Below, one piece after another: positions 37,910-48,388 of a stretch of DNA of 64,000 nucleotides (position 1 is its first letter; the number at the start of each line of letters is the position of its first letter). Under the pieces are notes generated by a model that saw only the letters and a list, made by a program, of their open reading frames with translations, searched no databases and was not told the DNA's origin. The DNA lies in the NCBI GenBank assembly GCA_002189035.1, contig NEEC01000014.1:2418001-2482000 (forward strand), given 5' to 3'. The stretch comes from Utricularia gibba. Its lineage: Eukaryota > Plantae > Magnoliophyta. A program made the position numbers and the translations under genes.

Positions 37910-39208
37910 ATGAAGAAGTCCAAGGATCCATTTGAAATTGCATTTGAGGAGCAAGAGACACCTCCTGAGTCCCCTGTTGGCCTTGATGATACCGAGTCAC
38001 AAATGGCGATAGGCTCTGCTTTGACTAAAGATGGAAACTTTGATGCCGTTGGTAGCATTTATAATGCAGATGCCTCAGTTGCCGCTACAGCATCAGTACG
38101 TTCGCAAACTGCTGGTGCCGCTAACAAGCACAAAGAAGATGAAGAGGAAGAAGATGAAGAGAATGTGGATGTTGAGCTAGGAAAGTTACGGCCTGGCGGT
38201 GACACTACAAAAACTGTTAAAATGCAGTAAGTTCACAAAGTTGTTTGCTTGTTTGTTTTAGAATTCATCATGTCATTTTGCTTTCTACATGATTTATATC
38301 ACTTGTCCATCTTATCCAATTCATTCTGGTGGAGATTCTTAAAAGGAGGCTTATTCAGGGTCTCCTGTTCTTTTAGCAATTTTTTAAACCCGCAAATATC
38401 ATATGGAATTGCTTCTGCCTTCTTTTTTCGGTGTCAACTCATTTTCTATACTATACTCAGGGAAATATTGTCCCAATTTACTGAGGAGCAAATGAGTAGA
38501 TACGAGTCGTTTCGAAGATCTGGATTTCAGAAGTCTAACATGAAGAGGGTATTGTCCTAGCTGTTTCTGCTCAATGAAAACCTGCATAAAGTTTAATCAG
38601 TCTATTTTGCATGATTTTGTTATTTCATAGCATTTCGGTGACATTAAAGCCACACCACTCTCGTGGTTCCAATTTCATGTTGAGATGGTTCTTCATTTGT
38701 CTACTGCAGTTGTTGACAACCATTACCGGCAGTGCCAAAGTATCAGTACCAATGACTATAGTGATCTCAGGAATAGCAAAGATGCTTGTCGGGGACCTTG
38801 TTGAAACTGGTGAGTTCATTTTGAGATAATTCTGATTGCGCGAGTACTTTTTTAACGAGTGAAGTCTGTCATAGGACATTCTTGTGGATATAATGCTGTC
38901 GATCCACCTGAAGGATAGGGGTGAAAATGGAAACATGTCGATTAATACATGGATTAACGAACGATCATGTAACCAATTACAATGTGTCGTGGAATGCCCC
39001 AGAATATTCACTGTGTGATTGTGATTCCCATGGATGTGATGGTAAACTGTTGACTCACAAGTTCTTTGTTGATGATGCAGCCAGAGGTGTAATGGGAGAA
39101 CGAGGAGATAGGGGACCAATCAGGCCATGCCACATAAGAGAAGCTTATAGAAGACTGAGATTTGAAGGCAAGTTACCAAAAAAATCAGTGCCGAGGCTTT
39201 TCCGGTAG
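37910..39208 (+). CDS. TAF11: Transcription initiation factor TFIID subunit 11, 4 coding exons plus a 5'-UTR intron (~37501-37904)
   Basis: MKKSKDPFEIAFEEQETPPESP; acidic tract; histone-fold ILSQFTEEQMSRYESFRRSGFQKSNMKR|LLTTITGS...IAKMLVGDLVETARGVM...GPIRPCHIREAYRRL...SVPRLFR*. Confidence 0.96.
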
Positions 39209-39385
39209 AACTTACTAGGCCCTACCACGTTTTCACGTGGACAATATTACATAGATACTGCATCGCTTGCAGATCAACTGTTATGGCTTGTCATGTGTGG
39301 CAACCAGTTTGAAATAGTACTTAATTTATTATCAAGCAGCTTTCTTCAAAGGGAGCAGTTACATGCATGCAATGCAACCGCTTTC

Positions 39386-39516
39386 CATGAGTACATACAA
39401 GAGTACTGTTAAACATCCCCACGGAAACTAAGGTTTCATGAGTACATACCTGCTACTGAGCCTAGCTGTTCTTCATGCTGACACCGAGTTTCATCCCCAC
39501 AGAAACTAAGGTTTCA
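39386..39516. repeat. Short direct repeats at the PSD stop region (25-nt copy of coding sequence plus a 13-nt repeat)
   Basis: CATCCCCAC[G/A]GAAACTAAGGTTTCA at 39414-39438 and 39492-39516 (24/25 identical); CATGAGTACATAC at 39386-39398 and 39437-39449. Confidence 0.85.
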
Positions 39517-42500
39517 AGTGATCTTTCACTGTTTTCCAGCAGATCATCATCAAGCTTGATAGCTCCCTGGAACAAGATGACGTAACACATTTACTCAGTC
39601 AACACAAATTGATTGTACAAACAATTTATCCAATTAATCGTGATCATAACCACCTTTTCGAAGGCGCAGATGACCGTGCTTCCACCAAACGAAAAGTATC
39701 CAAACTGTACCAAGATGTAACGGTATAAAAACAAAGCTGCATGGAAAAATAAATGCGAGATTACGAAGAGGGGTTTTCAATGACCTCATCGCCTTTCTTA
39801 ACATAATCACCCGTCTTCTTTGTGAAAGTGATGCTGCCAACCATGGTAGCTCCAATAGCTACAAAGGCCACCTGCGTGTAGGATACACTTCACATGGGTC
39901 ACTTGCCACCGTGATGCAAATAACAGGTAAGATGTAGCAAAACAATACTGGTTAGTTTGCGCCGCTTTAAAATTACCTTCTGAAGGGTTCAATTTTACTT
40001 ATTTTTGGAACAGAATATACTGTTACTTCTACTTCTAATTCTCAAAATGAAAAACAACGGGGTCTAATAAAGAGGTGCACAACATTCTCCCAGAAAGAAA
40101 AGAAAATCATTGCAATCACAACAAACCTTTCCGAATTCAGCTGTTGAAATAAGAGAAACTGTGCGCTTATTTTCAGTGAACACGTTACAGTATTTGCTGT
40201 TCACTGCAATTGGGTTAACCTTCAAACATAGAACAGAAACAAGGATTAGTTTCACAGAAGAAAATAACGGAAGTGTGAGAAGATATAGACTACCGTATAC
40301 AAGCATCCAGGAATGTCAACAAATTTTTCAATAGTTCCAGATACGGGAACATGAAAGCGATGATAATCCTGCAACAATATATGTAATAACTCAGTATACA
40401 TTACATTCTGACTTGAATAAATTGAGAACAAAAAATTAGCCTGATGATTTTGAAGATTACTAATGTCTAGAAAGAAGAATATTACCTGTGGTGCCAACCG
40501 GAATATCACCAGACTTCCATCAATGAAGGCATCCGAGCACACATCAGCACCCAAAAGCCCTTCAATGGAGAATTTCCGACCCTTGAACGAAGAGACAACG
40601 ATGTAGTTGAGAGCATGAACGTAAATTTCAAGCAAAAGAACCTAAATAATTATCTTGGATCAAAATGAATTTAGTAGGTTTCAATCAATGGAAAAATGAA
40701 GCATAAATTATGAACAAGAATACTGCGAAGAAATTCATTAATGCACAATGCAACCATCGTAGAATCTGTAACTGATTTGAATGCTGTCAGCCCATGATGC
40801 AAAATTGAAGTTACCTTGATCCAGAACCTAGTAGAATCTGTAACTGATTTGAATGCTGTCAGCCGACTGTCAGCTGCACAAACTGCTTCACTGTCATTCT
40901 CAATATTCGCAATTGGCCTTGCACCCTCCTTAAGTTCTCTAATGAAAAACTCATTGAAAGTCTGACAGTGGAAGAAAAAAAAATTAATAGATGAAAGCGA
41001 GACAAAGGGAAGGATTGTAGTTTCAGGTAAAAGATGGAAACTTGTATCTCAAGCACTGTTGCTTTGGGAAAATTGCCATCTAATACTTACTCCACAATAA
41101 ACTCGAATTCAAGCCCAAATGATTGCAAAAGTAAAAATAAAAATGAAATGGAACCCTGATCACACAACAAATTGAATCGGAAAGGCTACAACTATCAACC
41201 CAGATTTCCCAAACCTATCAAGACTACCCCGAAAATACCTGTCTGGAACTTCAATACAGACCAAGGAAAACGGAGCTACTCTTACATTGAAAAAAACGGC
41301 ACCATAACATCTAGGATCTAGCCAAAAACAGTAATGTAGCACAAGAAATGGTGGAGTAACTCAAGAATAACATTTCACATCCTACCTTAAAGTGCTCTAC
41401 CGGGTATCTGCATTCAGACAAATTTAATTGATCCTGAAAACATAGTATATGGTGAGACTGGGGTACCCTTATAGAAGCAAAAAAGCTGATATATCAGAGA
41501 AGTATGTAACTGCAAGGCTAATGACGATGCAAAATCTGGGTCAAAGAATTTTCACATACATGACCAGAAATACAGATGAAAAAAGAATATCACCATGCCT
41601 TGAAAAAATCAACAAACTTTGGAATATCCTCCACAGATTCAGGAGAGTCCATCTTCCTTCCTTGCCTTTCTGAGATGCTTTGTAAGAGTTCTTTCACTCC
41701 TGATTCCACATACGAACTTAATCAACATTGGCACAGTTAAAGACCAGGGGAAATTAAAATGTACACAAACGACTTAATACAATTAAAAAGAAATTAATGA
41801 TCATAATGATCTAAATAGTAATAAAGAATAATAAAACCTTTGTCCAACAGGCTATTCCCGAATTTTGACTGATAAATTGCTCTCATAGATAAAACAATCT
41901 TGGCATCAATTATTTCCTCCACCAGTCTCCTTGTCCGCCTATCAAAAACCTGAATCAATTTGAACATATTATGAAAATTTCCATAGGAACACACTTTAAT
42001 CAACTAAAGTTACCAAGTAACGCATTCTGATGAAAACAAATGTTATAAAAAACGCACTGTGGCATAACAATACCAGAACATGAGAAGCAGCTGAACCAGA
42101 CCTCAATCCAACCTCATAATTTGAAAAATGAGCCCATTCACTAACTTTGAACATCCACCTGCGAACAGCACACATTGAAAAACAAAGCAACTCTATAATA
42201 TTAACTATGAAGAAAAAATTATCTCATAATCCAATGTCAGAATTGCAGAATCACATGGTTCACAAAAGGCATGTCCGAAATTTTAGGTTCAAACAAGTGT
42301 TCTGTTGAATACCCATATGAAGCCTGTTTATCGGTCAAGAATCCTCCCTTCATGACTTCATCCCCAGTGCCTTCGTCAAAACACAATGTCAAGTGTATCA
42401 TAGTGTTCAATTTATCTGATATCTGAAGAACTTCGCCACAAACAGGACAGCAATTTATGAGCGGATCACTGCATGCAACAAAAGCTACAAATTTAAAATG

Positions 42501-45369
42501 CAAATGCAGTACAGAAAAGGGTCCAAGCAACAGAATCTGCTCGAAAGTGAAAGGAAAAAAAGATGCTATACTTCTAGAAAAACTAGGCAGGCCTCAAGAT
42601 CACCTTAAACTAATAATGAGAAATAAGCAATTTAAATAGATTGACGCATCGAAAAGAAAATGAAGGAAGAATTCCAGGTTATTCAATTACCATTGGAACT
42701 GCTAGATGGAACACATGCATTTTTTTCCAGCATTGACAACAACATTACTAATAATTTTCAAACTCAATGTTTCTAACCAGAACTAACTTTTTGCGAAGTG
42801 AAATGACTGGTGGCAATTAAAACATAAAATATTTCTCATGACATGATACTTTGAGGGCAGCTTTACGGAGGGGTGGAATAACATAATAAAATTATCAATC
42901 AGCTAGTGGGTATAGAACAGAAAAAACAAAGTTATCCCCGAATATTGAAAGCATACTTTTCTTGTTGAACAGCCAGCAGCATAGCCAATTCATCCATGCT
43001 GACAACACCATCACCATTCTCATCAGCGGCTTTGAATAGTTCTTCTTTCTAGTAAAATATAAATTTACATTGAACAAAAAGAACGACAAATGCTGTCATT
43101 AAGTTCATACGAATTTGATCTGAAACAACTCTATTGAAGACAGTTTAATTTCTTTCATTTCTGTTAAGGATAAACAAATGCATTATAAATAACATACAGA
43201 AGATAGTTGAGTCTCAGTCTAATTGAATTGGAGTGCTAGAGAATGAAATGCAAGCGATTCCCACACTACATATATTGTAATTCAAACCTTCGTTGCAGCA
43301 AACTGATTGCCAAACGCATCCATTAAATCGCAAAACTCCTTGTACGACAGGTGCCCATCTTCATTGTAATCCTGCATAAAGAATTATAGGAAGAACTTGG
43401 ATAAAGTAACATGTCATCATGCAATGGTAAGGAGCCATCAAATATAATCATAAAGATGATATGTCACTATCTGTTACATACCACAATAGACAAAATCCGC
43501 CTAACAAAGTTCTTTTCTGTTTCCATGGGGTCCTACAGGAGTCATGATAATGGGATTAGCTGCAGAAGAATATATCCAGTAGCAATGATGGGATAAAGAT
43601 CTTCACCTCAATGGAATAAGACAAGCTTATGCAGCCAACAACTACTTGGGCAGATGTTGGATCATGTAAGTCATGCGCTTCTGTCTCAGAGACTGAATCC
43701 TAGATAATGTTTGCTCAAAATATTAAAGAAGGCGTGTTCACAAAACGCAAAATGCTTCTTTAGCTACTTTCTGTTTGGTCCATTACAAGCTGCATAATAT
43801 TTATGATAACAAACACATGCATGAAATAAAATTTTTACAAAAATTGACTACAGAGCGTAGAAAAATCCCTTACTCTGTTCAGAAAATCGTAAACATCAAT
43901 ATCACAGTAGCCGACAAGGTTGCTCTTGGACATTGTGTTGGTCTGCATCCAAATTAAAGAACAAGAAAGTGATACTTACATGTCTATTGCATCGTTTAAC
44001 ATCTCCTTCTTAGTTACAACTACAGATTGATGACTACAAATAACTACAACGCCAAAATAACAATGAACACAGAATCTGAACACTCATATCCTCGCACGAG
44101 ATCCCAGGGGCATCAGCAGGTGTTCAACATACCTCAAATACAGATATTCTGGCAATATGTGCCCCATTTCTTTCCAAAAGAATCTTTTTTTCCTGCAGAG
44201 GACATGTTCTTCACTAAAAAAATAAAATAAAATCAACATTGCACACCACCCTCCAGTTCATTTACAGTATGTCCTACATATATACCCATTCGTAAGTAAT
44301 AACTCATTATCGAAGATGCATCATTCATTACCAATAAAACTCGTACCAAAATTAAATCAGCATACCATACACAATGTTCATCACACGTACATTTTACATT
44401 CAATTGATTGGTAGACATCAAAGATGAAATATAAGCAACATATCCCGCATCACAACGAGTTAATAAAGTTAAGCAAAGATACTTTTAGAAATTTATTTCC
44501 GAGATTCCAGAAAAGTGATTCAGGGTAATTGAAAATGAATGAAATGTACACTATAATCTTCAAAATTTGGTTGAGCAGTTCGACAACCATAACTATGATA
44601 ATCAAAATATGGCAGCTCAGAGTAAAACTATTCCGAAATTAAAACAAAATTCATAACAAATTCGGCCACGAAAACAGAGACTCAACAACATAAATAACAG
44701 GCCTTCCACCATACGCAAAAAGAAAATAATAACAAGTACTCACAGCATTCCATGTGGGCTTGTCCGTGCTGCACAGTAGCAAAAGGCTAGTCAATAGGCA
44801 GTCAAAAAAATGTAGACAATCCTCGTCCCATCAAAAAGAAACACAGAATGCCAAAAAAATGTACACGTCACAAATAGTAGCACAACCAGAAACAAGCAGG
44901 AGCAATTACGAAACAACGAACCTACGGCCAAAGGAGCCACATTTGGGAAGAGTTATTTACAAGCAGACAAGGAAAATCAAGATAACGAAGATAACATAAC
45001 TGATCAGAGACGGATGTCCGGAAGGTCTGCTCACCAATAGAAATGCAAGCAAGCCATTTGTCCTTGAATTTCATCTCCGCCTAAAGGAAACCAACACAAG
45101 AAAACTGAATGCAAGAACTACGAGAAAGAAAAAAAGAAGGAAAGAGCCCGCCAATACGCTGATAAGACGGAGAGTAGCAACTCCAGCAAAATCATCATGG
45201 TTAAGTGGTTTCCCGATGGGGGATCGGAGCTCGAACGACGGCGACTGCGGAGGAAACGAGGACGATGGAGGTGTAAGCGCTGCCGGAGCTCCTGGATTCG
45301 AGAGGCTGTAGACTCCGAATCCCCAGCTGAGACGCCTGGGTTGTCCGGCTTTGAGCCTCCGTGACCCAT
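39462..45369 (-). CDS. PSD2: Phosphatidylserine decarboxylase proenzyme 2/3 (C2 + EF-hand + PSD domain); apparent 1-nt frameshift in exon 1
   Basis: MGHGGSK (myristoylation-like start); AEMKFKDKWLAC; EF-hands DYNEDGHLSYKE and DENGDGVVSMDE; FRLAPQ|DYHRFH; VAIGATMVGSI; autocleavage motif FGYFSFGGSTV; end ETLVSVGMKLGVSMKNS*. One GC-AG intron (41434-41598). Confidence 0.95.
40759..40864. repeat. Perfect 34-nt direct repeat: PSD exon segment copied into the next intron
   Basis: GTAGAATCTGTAACTGATTTGAATGCTGTCAGCC at 40759-40792 (intron) and 40831-40864 (exon). Confidence 0.92.
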
Positions 45370-45821
45370 CTCCCTCCTCCCCTTCAGCCTGTGAAATCAC
45401 ACAATTCAGAAAGCCAGCAACACGAGATCGCTCCACCAAAAAGCGACGCCCGGGACCAGATTCCAAAGTGTCTCAGGCTAAGCCTATCAGATTAGGCTAT
45501 TCAATTTGCGACCCCAGTGGTCTTAAAAGCCAAAAGACTACTTCTAGCCGCCACGCGGTTAGTTTTAAACAACCCGCTTATTGTCCGTACAGAGGAGCCA
45601 CGTTTTATTAAAATAAAATTCAAATATTAATCAGTTCCAAATAAATCAATTAACCTGCAAATTAAATTAAAATAAAAAAGGGTTTTGTCCTCGAAAGTAT
45701 TTGATTTGATGAACAAGATTATAATGTTGCATTTTAGAAATATGCCAAAAGACACCTTTTGTTCAACAAGTAAAATATTCAAATTTGATAATCATATTTA
45801 AATATAACTAATTATTTTGTT

Positions 45822-46377
45822 TTAAAAAGATTCTGATAAAAAAAAGTGAAATAATTTGTGAATCAGCAGCAACAGCAGGAGGAGGAGCTTGGTTTTCCCC
45901 AGAAGAATTGATTGATTGATGAGCAACCCACCGGTTCCAGAGGAGGTGAAAGCATTTGTTGACGCCCATGGGGGATGCGCTTCTCTGAAGCAGGGGCGGG
46001 CGCGGGGAAGGGAAGAGACATATTCATACAGCCGAGCGGGGAATGACTGCAGACACAAGAAACCCCATTCTACTTTACGCCTCTGACTTGTAAAGCTAAA
46101 TCCCATTCCCCACCCACCACATGTTTGTGGGCAGGGGGGGTCGCAGATACCTGATAATCATCAACAACCATTTTCAGCACCGCCGGCGCAGCCAGTAGAC
46201 TGACGCAGCAGCCTCTGCTGAAATCTCTTTCTTGGCTTGTGAGGTCGCCGGGTTATGTGATGAATGGACCACCGGAATAAACCACAAGCGCCACCAGGGC
46301 GGTTGGGGTGATGGACTCAGAATCTCACTGAATTCTTACTCACTGCAGCCATACACAGAAATGATTTCATCGCTCAT
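45822..46377 (-). other. Candidate unassigned small spliced gene (~112 aa, CC motif, hydrophobic C-tail)
   Basis: Frame-consistent GT-AG model 46377-46344, 46230-46151, 46046-45822 in a GC-rich island. I recognise no homolog, and the first acceptor is weak. Confidence 0.2.
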
Positions 46378-46609
46378 TCTGAAACGTAATGGTGTTCCTG
46401 GGCAAGATTAAAGGCAGCACGGAAGGTATGACACAGAAGGATACAAGAAAACAACACTAGACAAATGATATTCCATTTTTTCCCAAAACAATTCGTTGCA
46501 TGCATTTTGTGTTCATTTGCTGATACTTTTGGTAGGATGTCTGTGGCCCGAGACGAGAACCCCCTTTTTTCCATTTATTTTGCACGTGTTTGATTTCTAT
46601 TTTTTACAG

Positions 46610-46631
46610 TTTTTTTTTTTTTTTTTTTTTT
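46610..46631. repeat. Poly(T)22 tract
   Basis: Uninterrupted T run read directly from the sequence. Confidence 0.9.
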
Positions 46632-46752
46632 GATCCTATGTAGTTGACTCGGCACATGGCCCCGCCCGGGTCCATTTTATTCTACAAAATAGAAAATAAA
46701 TAACGCAGCCGATGCGTCATCTCGGCTATGTCAAAAAAGAAAAAAAAAACAA

Positions 46753-48197
46753 ATGTTCGCGGCGAGTAGTTGGAGAGATTTGGGCGTGTCGCTCGTATGG
46801 TTGGAACCTTCGACATCTCGACGGATCCCATGGTGGGTACTTTGTGAGAGAGATGACACTTTGGGGGCGCGGCTTTGGGTTGAATTTAAGCGCCAAGAGG
46901 AAGGGAAGGGAGAGGAGAGGAAATGCCCATTCCGCCAGGGTTTGGGTTCCCAAAATTGATCTCCCGAAGGGGTCGCCTTTCCGCATCGTTTACCAGGCTC
47001 ACAAGTGGCTTGTCTCAGAGCTCTATCGCTACAACAAGGTGAGGGACTCTAGATTTCATATTACAAGTTGAACATGGGTTTCATCGGTAGGCTTCCTTTT
47101 CAATGCTACAGGTTTGGACTTTCATGGCTTGTGAAGAGTTCATCAAGTGGTTATTCTCACGAACGCCTTTTGGGTGGATGTGAAAATCATCATCACCACC
47201 TTTCAAGTTCCTTTCTTCCAACCTTATCAGTAATGCGTAGGCCACATGATGCTGTGGTGGTGAGGGGATTCCTCACATGCCCAGAGAATTCTTCATCTCT
47301 TGCGCTGAAAATGGATAAGGGTGTTGTCAGATTTGATGTAGGGGATCACCCTGGTGAAGAAATGCGTAGAGCCGAGAGAAAGGCAAGAATTTCAAGGAAG
47401 AAAAAGTTGAATGAGCTCAGGTTTTACCGGCTCAAAGCAAAGAAGAAACTCAAGTCTCCAAATCCTGAAGTGAGGATAAGGTACAAGCTTGAAAAGGTCA
47501 GTAAAAAAGCAGCCCTTCCCTTTCTTTTGCATCCATAGACATCCATACTTACACGATCCCATTTTCAGGCTAAACGAAAAGAAGCATGGTTGATTGAAAA
47601 AATTCGAAAGTATGATGTTCCCAAAGCAGCACCTGAAACCTGTGATCCTGAAATGCTAACAGAGGAGGAAAGATTTTATCTTAGGCGCACTGGTGAAAAG
47701 AAGAAACACTATGTTCCAGTTGGGAGAAGAGGGGTGTTTGGAGGTGTGGTTCTCAACATGCATCTCCATTGGAAGAGGCATGAAACGGTGAAAGTAGTTT
47801 GCAAACCCTGCAAACCTGGGCAGGTGAATGAATTTGCCGAGGAACTTGCAAGGTTGAGCAGAGGCATAATCATCCACATTAACCCAAACAATACGATAAT
47901 ATTCTATCGAGGGAAGAACTACGTTCGGCCAGATGTGATGTCACCTCCAGATACTCTATCCAAGACCAAGGTCCTGCTGCTTGCTCTTTTGATAATATTA
48001 CACCTAACAAGTAAATGTCTTTTTAAGGAAGAGGTTATTTCAAATTGCAGGCTTTGGAAAAGTACCGATATCAGCAGTCATTAGATCATACAAGCCAGTT
48101 CATTGAGAAGTTGGAGGATGAATTGCAGGAGTACCTCCATCATCTTGCTCGGTACGAGAAACGGAACATGTCGAACAAGAGGCTGTTACCTTCATAG
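46753..48197 (+). CDS. CRM (CRS1/YhbY) domain RNA-binding protein, organellar, single-CRM type
   Basis: NELRFYRLKAKKKLKSPNPEVRIRYKLEK|AKRKEAWLIEK; CRM core VPVGRRGVFGGVVLNMHLHWKRHETVKVVCK...IIFYRGKNY; last exon ALEKYRYQQSL...LLPS*. Exon 1 (46753-46832, MFAASSWR) is inferred from a frame-consistent splice to 47112; an alternative start is the ATG at 47074. Confidence 0.88.
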
Positions 48198-48388
48198 AAT
48201 GAGGATGGTTGCTTAGGTCTGATGCAAGAGTTGGCTAACTTTTCTTGCTTTAGAGAGAGAAAAATGAATACAAGTGGCGAGACACTCTCCAACAAAACTA
48301 CCACGTGTTTATGTTACAACAGTTTTGACTCGGCCATGAGGTTGACTCCATGGCGTAAGATAAATATGTTGCTGGTATGATTTGGTTC

